Assembly: GCA_964244765.1 (NCBI GenBank)
Contig: CAXTJX010000005.1
Coordinates: forward strand, 4,606-68,605
DNA: 64,000 nt
Direction: 5' to 3'
Origin: an uncultured Sphingomonas sp.
GTDB taxonomy: Bacteria; Pseudomonadota; Alphaproteobacteria; Sphingomonadales; Sphingomonadaceae
The notes beneath the pieces are model-generated. The model was not told the DNA's origin. It made no database searches and saw only the letters and a list, made by a program, of their open reading frames with translations. The position numbers were made by a program, and so were the translations under genes. Positions 17,430 to 26,827 of this stretch are shown piece by piece. Each line of letters begins with the position of its first letter. Within the stretch, counting starts at the first letter, position 1.

Positions 17430-18263
17430 TTACGCGATCGAGGTCAGGTTGACTGCCGCCATCTTGCCGCGACGATCGACTTCCAGCTCGAATTCGAGCC
17501 GGTCGCCTTCGTTGAGCGAGGACATGCCGCCACGCTCGACCGCCGAGATGTGGACGAACGCGTCGGGCTGTCCGTCGTCGCGCTGGATGAAGCCGAAGCC
17601 TTTCATCGCGTTGAAGAACTTGACCGTGCCGGTCGCCTTCTCGCCGGTCAGTTGACGTTGCGGTGCGCCACCGGGGGCAGCGCCGCGCGGGGCGCCGGGG
17701 CCGGCGTCACGGTCGCGCGGCGGGCCGCGGTCGGTAACGGGGAGCGGCTCGCCGTCGATCTTGAGATCGGTCGCCGAGATACGGCCGCCGCGATCGACCA
17801 GGGTGAAGCCGAGCGGCTGACCCTCGGCCAAGCCGGTCAGGCCGGCTTGCTCTACCGCGGAGATATGCACGAACACGTCCTCGCCGCCATCGTCGCGCAC
17901 GACGAAACCGAAACCCTTTTGCCCGTTGAAGAATTTTACGACGCCGGTGCCTTCGCCAACGACTTGCGGAGGCATGCCGCGACCGCCCCCGCCGCCCGCG
18001 CCACCACCGAAGCCGCCGCCACCGCCGCTGCGGAAGCCGCCGCCCCCGCCGCCGCCCGCGCCACCACCGAAGCGATCACCGCCCCCGCCGCCGAACCGGT
18101 CACCGCCCCCGCTGAAGCGATCGCCGCCACCCCCGCCAAAACGGTCGCCCCCGCCCCCGCCAAAGCCGCCGTCGAAGCCGCCACTGCCGCTATCGCCGAA
18201 ACCGTCGCGCTTGTCGCGCCCGCGCCCGCCACGATCGCCGCGGCGTCCTTTATCGAAACTCAT
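17430..18263 (-). CDS. Cold-shock protein with two CSDs and Gly/Arg/Phe-rich N-terminus
   Basis: Two GxVKFFN..KGFGF / [10 protein letters not shown] domains; GGGGDRF repeats. Confidence 0.93.
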   Translation of the reverse strand: MSFDKGRRGDRGGRGRDKRDGFGDSGSGGFDGGFGGGGGDRFGGGGGDRFSGGGDRFGGGGGDRFGGGAGGGGGGGFRSGGGGGFGGGAGGGGGRGMPPQVVGEGTGVVKFFNGQKGFGFVVRDDGGEDVFVHISAVEQAGLTGLAEGQPLGFTLVDRGGRISATDLKIDGEPLPVTDRGPPRDRDAGPGAPRGAAPGGAPQRQLTGEKATGTVKFFNAMKGFGFIQRDDGQPDAFVHISAVERGGMSSLNEGDRLEFELEVDRRGKMAAVNLTSIA

Positions 18264-18469
18264 GCCCTGTTCGTCTTCCCGGCTCGTCCAACATCACCAT
18301 GAACCGTAGCGCCGGACGACGGACGCGAGGGTTTCGAGCACCAAACCGATCGTGCCACCGACTCGGTGTTAGCGTAAATTCCGCTTCCCTGCGAATAAAT
18401 TCGTCGAAAATGCGGCACGAGTCGTGCCGATCTTGCGCCAGCGTTGCAAGCACGGCACAGGCATGCGCC

Positions 18470-19264
18470 ATGTCGATCCTCGAACTCCTGTCCGATCCCG
18501 CCGCCTGGGCGGCGCTCGCCACGCTGATCGTGATGGAGGTGGTGCTCGGAATCGACAATCTCGTGTTCATCTCGCTGCTGTCGAACAAGCTGCCGGCGGA
18601 GAACCGCGTCAAGGTGCGGCGGCTCGGCATCGGGCTCGCGCTCGGGCTGCGGCTGGCGCTGCTGTCGACCATCGCGTGGATCGCCGGGCTGGTGAAGCCG
18701 GTGGTCGATCTGGGGCTGGCCGGCGCGACCGGTGAGCATGGCGTGCCGAGCTTCGAGACGGCGTTTTCGGTGCGCGATCTGATCCTGATCGCGGGTGGCG
18801 CGTTCCTGCTGTGGAAGGCGACGACCGAAATCCACCACACGCTCGACCCCGACGATTCGAGCCAGCCGTCCGATGGCGCCGGCGACAGGAAAAAGGCGGC
18901 GACGCTGACGGTCGGCTCGGCGATCGTGCAGATCCTGCTGCTCGACATGGTGTTCTCGATCGATTCGATCCTCACCGCGATCGGTATGACCGACGATCTG
19001 CCGGTGATGATCGTCGCCGTCGTCGTCGCGGTCGGCGTGATGATGGTCGCCGCCACCCCGCTCGCCAATTTCATCGAGCGCAACCCGACGGTGGTGATGC
19101 TCGCGCTGGGCTTCCTGCTGATGATCGGCGCGGTGCTGATCGCCGACGGCTTCGGCGTGCATGTGCCCAAGGGCTACATCTACGCGGCGATGGCGTTCTC
19201 CGGCGCGGTCGAGGCGCTCAACATCGCCGCGCGCCGGAGCCGCGAGAAGAAGCGCGCTCATTGA
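18470..19264 (+). CDS. TerC family membrane protein
   Basis: [21 protein letters not shown]. Confidence 0.92.
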   Translation: MSILELLSDPAAWAALATLIVMEVVLGIDNLVFISLLSNKLPAENRVKVRRLGIGLALGLRLALLSTIAWIAGLVKPVVDLGLAGATGEHGVPSFETAFSVRDLILIAGGAFLLWKATTEIHHTLDPDDSSQPSDGAGDRKKAATLTVGSAIVQILLLDMVFSIDSILTAIGMTDDLPVMIVAVVVAVGVMMVAATPLANFIERNPTVVMLALGFLLMIGAVLIADGFGVHVPKGYIYAAMAFSGAVEALNIAARRSREKKRAH

Positions 19265-19295
19265 ACGGGCGCCCGCTTCCGGCTAGGGCCGCGCG

Positions 19296-19916
19296 ATGAC
19301 GGTGCATCTCCACGAAGAAGACATTCCCGCCGGCCTGTTCGCGGACCGAGCCGATATCGCGGTCGATACCGAGACGATGGGGCTGATCACGCCGCGCGAC
19401 CGGCTGTGCCTGGTGCAGCTTTCCGATGGCGGGCCGGACGAGCATCTCGTGCGCTTCGCCCCCGACAGCGGCTATGCCGCGCCGAACCTGCGCGCCCTGC
19501 TCGCCGACCCGGCGCGGGTGAAGCTGTATCACTTCGCGCGCTTCGATCTGGCGGCGATCAGCCATTATCTGGAGGTGATCGCGGCCCCGGTCTACTGCAC
19601 CAAGATCGCCTCGCGGCTGATCCGCACCTATACCGACCGCCACGGGCTGAAGGATCTGGTGCGCGACTTGCTCGGGCAGGACCTGTCCAAGGCGCAGCAA
19701 TCGTCCGACTGGGGAACGGCCGCGCTGAGCGACGCGCAGAAGGACTATGCCGCGTCCGACGTGCGCCATCTCCACGCGATGCGCGAGGAGCTCGACCGGC
19801 GGCTCGCGCGCGAGGGGCGGACCGCGCTGGCGCAGGCCTGCTTCCAGTTCCTGCCGTGGCGTGCCGAGCTCGATATCGCCGGCTGGCCCGACATCGATAT
19901 CTTCGCGCATGCGTAG
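19296..19916 (+). CDS. rnd: Ribonuclease D-like 3'-5' exonuclease
   Basis: AVDTETMGL, RLCLVQL, HFARFD, QSSDWG, YAASDV. Confidence 0.9.
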   Translation: MTVHLHEEDIPAGLFADRADIAVDTETMGLITPRDRLCLVQLSDGGPDEHLVRFAPDSGYAAPNLRALLADPARVKLYHFARFDLAAISHYLEVIAAPVYCTKIASRLIRTYTDRHGLKDLVRDLLGQDLSKAQQSSDWGTAALSDAQKDYAASDVRHLHAMREELDRRLAREGRTALAQACFQFLPWRAELDIAGWPDIDIFAHA

Positions 19917-19925
19917 CTTGTCGTC

Positions 19926-20007
19926 GCGGTGCCGGCCCGCTCCCCCGCCCGGCCACCCCTCCAGGATATGCTGTGGGCGGCCGGGCGGGGGAACGGGCCG
20001 GCACCGC
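19926..20007 (+). repeat. Palindromic repeat family A, copy 2
   Basis: GCGGTGCCGGCCCG...CCAGGATATGCTGTGGG...CGGGCCGGCACCGC. Confidence 0.85.
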
Positions 20008-20026
20008 TCTCCAACCGGGCACATGC

Positions 20027-20662
20027 ATGGCTGACACCGTCGCGCTGCGTACGCCGCGCCAGGTGTGGGCGGCCCCGGGGTCGAGCCACGACCGCGTCAT
20101 CGCCGCGCTCCGCGTCGTGCTGCCGGTGCTGATCGGCGTGCTCGCCGCGTTCGTCGTGGTGCTGCCGCTCTATGCCGGCGGCGATGTCAGCTTCCTGCTC
20201 GACAAGAACAAGGTCGAGGTCGCCAGGGAAAGGCTGCGCGTTCAGTCGGCGAGCTATCGCGGCGAGGACGACAAGGGCCAGCCGTTCGCGCTGACCGCCG
20301 GCGCCGCCGTGCAGAAGAGTTCGGCCGAGCCGATCGTCAAGCTGGAACGGCTTTCGGCCGAGATCGGGCTGAGCGACGGCCCGGCGAACATCGTCGCCGA
20401 CCACGGCCATTACGACATGGACCGGCAGCAGGTCACGATCGACGGGCCGGTGCGCGTCGACAGCAGCGGCGGCTATCGGCTGGTGACGCGGGACTCGACG
20501 ATCGACCTCAAGTCCAAGACGTTGAAAAGCGGGGGCGCGGTGACGGGGACGGTGCCGCAGGGCACGTTCAGCGGCAACCAGCTCGACGCCGACCTGGAGA
20601 ATCATGTCGTGCGGCTCGACGGCAATGCGCGCTTGCGGATCGTGCCGCGAAGGGCGAGATAG
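20027..20662 (+). CDS. lptC: LPS export protein LptC
   Basis: N-terminal TM helix, YRGEDDKGQPF; position in rnd-lptCAB. Confidence 0.85.
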   Translation: MADTVALRTPRQVWAAPGSSHDRVIAALRVVLPVLIGVLAAFVVVLPLYAGGDVSFLLDKNKVEVARERLRVQSASYRGEDDKGQPFALTAGAAVQKSSAEPIVKLERLSAEIGLSDGPANIVADHGHYDMDRQQVTIDGPVRVDSSGGYRLVTRDSTIDLKSKTLKSGGAVTGTVPQGTFSGNQLDADLENHVVRLDGNARLRIVPRRAR

Positions 20663-20667
20663 CGCGG

Positions 20668-21195
20668 ATGCATCCTGTTCGTGCCTTTCTCGTCCTTGCG
20701 CTCGTCCTGCCCGGAACGGCGAGGGCGCAGGGGGCGCACAATTCGACCGCGCCGATCGATTTCGGCGCCGACCATATCGAATTGCAGGACAAAGCCAATC
20801 GCGCCTTGCTGTCGGGCAACGTCTCGGTCAGGCAAGCGGAAATGACGCTGACCTCGGCGCGCATGACGGTGGCCTATACCGGCCAGGTCGTCGACGGCAG
20901 CCCGCAAGTGTCGCGGCTCGACGCGAGCGGCGGCGTTACCGTCACGCGCCCGACCCAGACCGCGCGCAGCAATTTCGCGGTGTACGATCTCAACCGGCGC
21001 ATCATCACGATGCTCGGCGCGGTGACGCTGATCCAGGCGGGCAACACCGTCAATGGCGGGCGGCTGACGATCAACCTCGACAGCGGGCGCGCGGTGATCG
21101 ACGGATCGTCGGTCGGCGGCGCCGGACCGGCGGGGACGAAGACCGTCGGCGGGCGGGTGAGCGGCACCTTCTCGGTGCCCAAGCGGGGCAATTAG
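20668..21195 (+). CDS. lptA: LPS export protein LptA (OstA family)
   Basis: Signal peptide, PIDFGAD, LSGNVSVRQ, GRVSGTF. Confidence 0.88.
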   Translation: MHPVRAFLVLALVLPGTARAQGAHNSTAPIDFGADHIELQDKANRALLSGNVSVRQAEMTLTSARMTVAYTGQVVDGSPQVSRLDASGGVTVTRPTQTARSNFAVYDLNRRIITMLGAVTLIQAGNTVNGGRLTINLDSGRAVIDGSSVGGAGPAGTKTVGGRVSGTFSVPKRGN

Positions 21196-21295
21196 GTCTT
21201 GCGTTAGCGGCTCCCCCGCGGAGATGAGGGCCACGGGTTGCACGCAAAGCGTCCGTAGCGCCGGCTCCTTCCGCGATGCCTCTGCAAGATCCCGC

Positions 21296-21413
21296 CGTCA
21301 TCCCGGACCCGTTCCGGGATCCACCGTGCCACACCCTCCCGGCTGCTGATGATGCACGACGGTAGATGCCGGAACATGCCTGTCCTGAGCTTGTCGAAGG
21401 GTCGGGCATGACG
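21296..21413. repeat. Palindromic repeat family B, copy 2, with nested CCTGAGCTTGTCGAAGG unit
   Basis: CGTCATCCCGGACCCGTTCCGGG...CCGGAACAT[GCCTGTCCTGAGCTTGTCGAAGG]GTCGGGCATGACG. Confidence 0.85.
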
Positions 21414-21618
21414 ACAGGACGGAAGTGCTGGTCGACTTTCGCAGAGACCTCGGCTTTCGCAAGAGAGCGAGTTCGCATCGACAGAATGGGTTTTTGGCAC
21501 CGTTCGACGCCGCATGCCTTCCCTGACCGCGCCGCTTCGCCTATTGGCATGCACGAAGCCTGCCAATTCCGTCACGGTAACGTTTCGGTAACTCAATAAT
21601 GCGAGCAACGGGACCGCC

Positions 21619-22395
21619 ATGACCGACACGCTGACCCTCGAAAACGCACCGCCGATCGCCGAGGCGCCGGTGATGCAGGGTCTGTCGGTCGTGTCGATCG
21701 CCAAGTCGTACGACAAGCGCGCGGTGCTGACCGACGTGTCGGTCTCGGTCGCCAAGGGCGAGGTGGTCGGGCTGCTCGGGCCGAACGGCGCGGGCAAGAC
21801 GACCTGCTTCTATTCGGTGATGGGGCTGGTGAAGCCCGATTCGGGCCGCATCATGCTCGACGGCGACGACATCACCGGCTTGCCGATGTACCGCCGCGCG
21901 ATCCTCGGGCTCGGCTATCTGCCGCAGGAAACCTCGATCTTCCGCGGGCTGACGGTCGAACGGAACATTCTCAGCGTGCTCGAACTCGCCGTGTCCGACG
22001 CGGACCAGCGCAAGGCGCGGCTCGACCAACTGCTCGACGATTTCGGCTTGACGCGGCTGCGCGATTCCCCGGCGATGGCGCTGTCGGGCGGCGAACGCCG
22101 CCGCGCGGAGATCGCCCGCGCGCTCGCCGCCGAACCGTCGATCATGCTGCTCGACGAGCCGTTCGCCGGGATCGACCCGCTGTCGATCGCCGACATTCGC
22201 GACTTGATCTGCGAACTCAAGAAGCGCGGCATCGGCGTGCTGATCACCGATCATAACGTGCGCGAGACGCTCGAGATCGTCGACCGCGCGTACATCATCT
22301 ATGACGGGCGCGTGCTGTTCACCGGCTCGCCCGCCGAGCTGGTGGCGGACGCCAACGTGCGGCGGCTGTATCTGGGCGAGGGCTTCAGTCTTTGA
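21619..22395 (+). CDS. lptB: LPS export ABC ATPase
   Basis: [29 protein letters not shown]. Confidence 0.96.
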   Translation: MTDTLTLENAPPIAEAPVMQGLSVVSIAKSYDKRAVLTDVSVSVAKGEVVGLLGPNGAGKTTCFYSVMGLVKPDSGRIMLDGDDITGLPMYRRAILGLGYLPQETSIFRGLTVERNILSVLELAVSDADQRKARLDQLLDDFGLTRLRDSPAMALSGGERRRAEIARALAAEPSIMLLDEPFAGIDPLSIADIRDLICELKKRGIGVLITDHNVRETLEIVDRAYIIYDGRVLFTGSPAELVADANVRRLYLGEGFSL

Positions 22396-22410
22396 CCGGC
22401 GCGCGCCGAT

Positions 22411-22496
22411 GCGCGGCACCGGCCCGCTCCCCCGCCCCGCCTCCCATTCAGGATACGCTGTGGGTGGCGGGGTGGGGGAGCGGGCCGGTGCCGCGC
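22411..22496 (+). repeat. Palindromic repeat family A, copy 3
   Basis: GCGCGGCACCGGCCCG...CCCATTCAGGATACGCTGTGGG...CGGGCCGGTGCCGCGC. Confidence 0.85.
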
Positions 22497-22522
22497 TCGC
22501 CGACAGGCGAGCCTGACAGCTA

Positions 22523-24028
22523 ATGTCGCTCGCCCCGCGCCTCGACCTGCGCCAGTCGCAATCGCTGGTGATGACGCCGCAATTGCAGCAGGCGATCCGC
22601 TTGCTCGCGCTGTCCAACCTCGAGGTCGAGGGGTTCATCGCCGAGGAGATCGAGAAGAACCCGCTGCTCGACGCGAGCGCGCCCGAAGATGACGGGCCGA
22701 CGCTGGAGCGCGAGCCCGATGCGCCGCTGCGCGACACGCCCGCCACCGCCGACGAGCTGGTGATGGGCGGGGCGGATGCGGGCGAGGCCGCGCTCGACGT
22801 GGATTTCACCGCCGAGAGCTTCCACCATGACAGCATCGCCGATCAGCCGGGCGGCGCGGGGATGGACGGCGCGCTCGGCCTAAACGGCGCGAGCGGCGGC
22901 GGCGGCGCGGGCGAGGACGGCCCCGCTTTCGAACAGGTCGCCGACACGGCGCTCAGCCTGTCGGACCATCTGCTCGCGCAGGCCGGGACGGCGGTGGACG
23001 GGGCGGACCTGTTCATCGCCGCGCATCTGATCGACCAGATCGACGAATGCGGCTATCTCACTGCGTCGCTGCTCGACCTGGCGACGCGGCTGGGCGTACC
23101 GCTGGCGCGGGTCGAGGCGGTGCTCGGCATCATCCAGACCTTCGACCCGACCGGCGTCGGCGCGCGCGACCTCGCCGAGTGCCTCGCGCTGCAAGCACGC
23201 GAGGCCGACCGCTACGACCCGTGCATCAAGCGGCTGCTCGACAATCTCGACCTTGTCGCGCGCGGCGATCTCGCGCGGCTCCGGCGGCTGTGCGACGTCG
23301 ATGACGAGGATCTGGCGGACATGATCCGCGAAGTGCGGGGCTACGATCCCAAGCCCGGCTGCCGCTTCGGCGGGGAACCCGCGCACGCCGTCGTGCCCGA
23401 CCTGTTCGTCGCGCGACGCAAGGAGGGCTGGGGAATCGAGATCAACGCCGCGACGCTGCCGCGCGTGCTGGTCAACCGCTCCTATTACACCGAATTGTCG
23501 TCGTCGCGCGGCGACAAGGCGTCGAAGGCATGGCTCGGCGAGATGCTGGCGAGCGCCAACTGGCTGGTCAAGGCGCTCGACCAGCGCCAGCGCACGATCA
23601 TCAAGGTCGCCGCCGAGATCGTGAAGCAGCAGGAACCGTTCTTCCTGCACGGCGTCGCGCATCTGAAACCGATGACGCTGCGCCAGGTCGCCGACGCGAT
23701 CGAGATGCACGAATCGACGGTGTCCCGCGTGACCAGCAACAAATACCTGTCGTGCGCGCGCGGCCTTTACGAGCTGAAATACTTCTTCACCTCGGCGATC
23801 CAGTCGTCGGACGGCGGCGAGGCGGTGTCGGCGCAAGCGGTGAAATCGGCGATCAGGGCGCTGATCGCGGTCGAGGGCGACAAGATCCTGTCGGACGATA
23901 CGCTGGTCGACCTGCTCAACGCGCGCGGCTTCGACATCGCGCGGCGCACCGTCGCGAAATATCGCGAGGCGCTGGGGATCGGCTCGTCGGTGCAGCGCCG
24001 GCGGGCGCGGGCGCTGGAAGGGGTTTGA
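22523..24028 (+). CDS. rpoN: RNA polymerase sigma-54
   Basis: MTPQLQQAIRLL, HESTVSR, RpoN box ARRTVAKYRE. Confidence 0.97.
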   Translation: MSLAPRLDLRQSQSLVMTPQLQQAIRLLALSNLEVEGFIAEEIEKNPLLDASAPEDDGPTLEREPDAPLRDTPATADELVMGGADAGEAALDVDFTAESFHHDSIADQPGGAGMDGALGLNGASGGGGAGEDGPAFEQVADTALSLSDHLLAQAGTAVDGADLFIAAHLIDQIDECGYLTASLLDLATRLGVPLARVEAVLGIIQTFDPTGVGARDLAECLALQAREADRYDPCIKRLLDNLDLVARGDLARLRRLCDVDDEDLADMIREVRGYDPKPGCRFGGEPAHAVVPDLFVARRKEGWGIEINAATLPRVLVNRSYYTELSSSRGDKASKAWLGEMLASANWLVKALDQRQRTIIKVAAEIVKQQEPFFLHGVAHLKPMTLRQVADAIEMHESTVSRVTSNKYLSCARGLYELKYFFTSAIQSSDGGEAVSAQAVKSAIRALIAVEGDKILSDDTLVDLLNARGFDIARRTVAKYREALGIGSSVQRRRARALEGV

Positions 24029-24029
24029 T

Positions 24030-24604
24030 CCGTTGACCGAGCGGTGCTCCTGCCAAGGCATATGACAAACTCTGCATGGCGCCGGAAACGGGCATTGCGA
24101 GCTGCGCCGTCAGATTACTGATCTCAAGCCGGAATCTGATCAGTTCCCGACGCAGATCGACACTCTCAAATTGCTTCAGCAACTCGTTCCAATCGATCGT
24201 GGGTGCAGGTTGAGATAGCCGCGTTGCCAACTCAGGCAGAGGATCGCGCGCAATCGGGGCAACGAATGCGCCAGCTTTCGCGTCATGCATCGCCATCAGG
24301 TTCGTTGCGAGAGCCGCATCGAGACGCCTGCAATGCCAGGCCAGGCAGTCCCGAAGACTTCGCCGTGATGATACCATGCCCCCCGCAAGCGCCCGGCTGC
24401 TTCCTTACCCGTCATTTCAGCGGCGGGAAGCCGCGGATCGACCTCCAATCGGCTTGGGATCGTATCGCGTGCTGCCTTCAAGCCTCGAGCCAAGTCTACA
24501 TCCTGATCGGCCAATGCTGAGATGTGAGCGTTCACGATCCCTAGCACTACTTTGGCAGGAGTGTGGAGATCGCGTTTTCCAGCTTTTGTCTGCAAGGCGG
24601 ACAA
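24030..24604 (-). pseudogene. Lower-GC frameshifted orphan ORF
   Basis: Two overlapping minus-strand ORFs with A/T-ending codons unlike host genes; family not recognised. Confidence 0.35.
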
Positions 24605-24726
24605 GGGCGCGATGGCGGTCGCGACATCCTCCCTTCGCGGCTTGGCGCCCGCGCGTGAACAAAGAAGATTGGTTCACACAAAGACACAAAGGGGTTGCGC
24701 TCAGGCCAGTGGCCGGGAAACATCGC

Positions 24727-24781
24727 GCCGTTTGCCGTTTGCCGTTTGCCGTTTGCCGTTTGCCGTTTGCCGTTTGCCGTT
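24727..24781. repeat. Tandem repeat (GCCGTTT), 7 full units plus 6 nt
   Basis: Read directly. Confidence 0.95.
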
Positions 24782-25029
24782 GAGCGCTGCGCGCTCCTCC
24801 GCGTCCTCCGCGCGAACCAAATCTTCTGCGCGGCTTCCCCCGGAACCCGCCGCGACGGACGCCGTCCACCGGCCCCCGTCCACCCATGACAAATCCGTCA
24901 CGTCCCGCCCTCGTTCAGCAACGCGAAAGCTTGGAATCCCCTTGGCAGCACCATGCCCCGCCGCCGCTCATGCCGCCCTTGCCCGAGTCTGTTGCAGCGC
25001 GGCATGGCCCGCTATAGGCGATAGGCGCG

Positions 25030-25761
25030 ATGTCGTCGGAGACCTATCAATCCACTACTGACCGGCGTCGTTTCCGCGGCGTCGTGCTGGCGCTCGTCGT
25101 CGAGGGGTTGGTCGCCTTGCTCCTGCTGCGTCTCGGCGGCGGCGGTATCCTCAAGCAACCGCCACAGCCCAGCCTGGCGACGTTCGACGTGAGTCCCGTC
25201 GCGCCGATCGGCCCGAAAAAGGCGGCGCGGGAAAAGAAGGTCGCGAGCAGGCATCAGCCGGTCAAGCTGTCCGGCGCGGCACCGCCGCCGCCGGTCGCGC
25301 CGCCGCCGCCGGTCAAGCCGGCCAGGCCCGATTACATCCAGCTCAGCCCGGACGATTACGCCGCCACCGATATCGGCAAGATCAAGTCGCACCAGGGCGC
25401 GGGCGAGGGCGACGATCGGGGCAAGGATTCGGTCGCGGCCTACGGCCCGGGCGAGGGGCCGGGCGGGTCGACGCTCTACAATGCCGAATGGTATCGCGAA
25501 CCGCGCGACGCGGAGCTGGCCTTCTACCTTCCCCGCAACGTGCAGTCCGGCTCGGCGCTGATCGCGTGCCGGACGATCGAGAACTATCATGTCGAGAATT
25601 GCCGGTCGCTCGGCGAGGAACCGCCCGGCACCGGCCTGGCGCGCGCGATGCGCGAGGCGGCGTGGCAATTCCTCATCCGCCCGCCCCGCATCAACGGCAA
25701 GCCGATGGTCGGCGCCTGGGTCCGCATCCGCTACGATCTGACGGTGGGCTTCAGGAAGTAG
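25030..25761 (+). CDS. TonB-like membrane-anchored proline-rich protein
   Basis: N-terminal TM, Pro-rich linker, C-terminal IRPPRINGKPMVGAWVRIRY. Confidence 0.65.
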   Translation: MSSETYQSTTDRRRFRGVVLALVVEGLVALLLLRLGGGGILKQPPQPSLATFDVSPVAPIGPKKAAREKKVASRHQPVKLSGAAPPPPVAPPPPVKPARPDYIQLSPDDYAATDIGKIKSHQGAGEGDDRGKDSVAAYGPGEGPGGSTLYNAEWYREPRDAELAFYLPRNVQSGSALIACRTIENYHVENCRSLGEEPPGTGLARAMREAAWQFLIRPPRINGKPMVGAWVRIRYDLTVGFRK

Positions 25762-25764
25762 CCG

Positions 25765-25907
25765 CGATGCCCGCCAGTCCCAGAACCGGTCGCCGCGACA
25801 TCGGCATATTCGAGGTAGCGCGAATTGAACACGACGCGCTGCCCGTCGATCTCCGCTTACCGAACCTTGAAGGCGGTGGAAAAGGCGAATCCGGGGCGCG
25901 CCGTCAC
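25765..25907 (-). pseudogene. Acyl-CoA thioesterase (YbgC/FadM-like) 5' stub
   Basis: GTG coupled to TauE stop; FAFSTAFKVR*AEIDGQRVVFNSRYLEYAD, then frameshifted FWDW. Confidence 0.75.
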
Positions 25908-26677
25908 AACAGCAGCCGCACGCCGACGATCGCCAGGACGGTGGCCAATACCGGGCTCAACACCCGGTCCGACACGCGCGACGCGATCAGGCTCCCCACG
26001 ACGATCCCCGGCACCGACCCCCCCAACAACGACACCAGCAATGCGACATTGACCGATCCCAGCATCCAGTGCCCCAGCCCCGCCAGTAGCGTCAGCGGCA
26101 CGGCATGCGCGATGTCGGAGCCGACCAGCCGGTTGATCGGCAGCCGCGGGTACAGGATCAGCAGCGCCGTCATGCCCAGCGCCCCCGCGCCGACCGACGT
26201 CAGCGACACCAGCACGCCAAGCACCGCGCCGAGCAGGACGGTTAGCGCGGGGGGCGTTTGCGCTTCGATCATTGTGTCGACCCTGATCGTCATGACCGCG
26301 ACGATCCGCGCGCGGAAGATCGTCGCCACCGCCGAGGCGATCAGCGTCAGCCCGAGCAGCACCGAGATGGTGTGCCCGGTATTGGCCCTGCCCGCCGCGC
26401 CGAGCGCGAGCAGCGTCAGCAGCGTGGCGGGCACGCTGCCCGTCGCCAGCCGCCGCACCACCCGCCAGTCGACCGTCCTGCGCCAGCCGTGCACGACGGT
26501 GCCGACGCTCTTGGTGGCCGCGGCATAGAGCAGATCGGTGCCCACCGCCGTCGCCGGGGAGAAGCCGAACGCCAGCACCAGCAGCGGCGTCATCAGCGAC
26601 CCGCCGCCGACCCCGGTCAAGCCCACGATCAGCCCCACCAGCAACCCGGCCAGCGTATAATGCGGGTCGATCGTCAC
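25904..26677 (-). CDS. Sulfite exporter TauE/SafE family
   Basis: GLTGVGGGSLMTP, AVGTDL, TSVGAGA, VGSDIAHA. Confidence 0.92.
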   Translation of the reverse strand: MTIDPHYTLAGLLVGLIVGLTGVGGGSLMTPLLVLAFGFSPATAVGTDLLYAAATKSVGTVVHGWRRTVDWRVVRRLATGSVPATLLTLLALGAAGRANTGHTISVLLGLTLIASAVATIFRARIVAVMTIRVDTMIEAQTPPALTVLLGAVLGVLVSLTSVGAGALGMTALLILYPRLPINRLVGSDIAHAVPLTLLAGLGHWMLGSVNVALLVSLLGGSVPGIVVGSLIASRVSDRVLSPVLATVLAIVGVRLLL

Positions 26678-26704
26678 CGGCGCGTCCTTTGAAGACGCGC
26701 GGAA

Positions 26705-26810
26705 GAGTGCGTTTCGAGGCGGTGCCGGCCCGCTCCCCCGCCCGGCCACCCACAGCGTATCCCTAATGGGTGGCGGGAAAGGGGAGCGGGCCGGCACCGC
26801 TTCGCGCGCT
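26705..26810 (-). repeat. Palindromic repeat family A, copy 4 (reverse orientation)
   Basis: Loop reads CCCATTAGGGATACGCTGTGGG on minus strand. Confidence 0.85.
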
Positions 26811-26827
26811 TCAGCGCAACCATAGGC

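Noticed and set aside
21549-21565. Sigma-54-like GG-N10-GC site on the minus strand
   Set aside because: Imperfect match pointing antisense with no downstream gene
13397-26810. Dispersed repeats as CRISPR or attC arrays
   Set aside because: Not regularly spaced; no spacers, cas or integrase genes; they flank housekeeping genes
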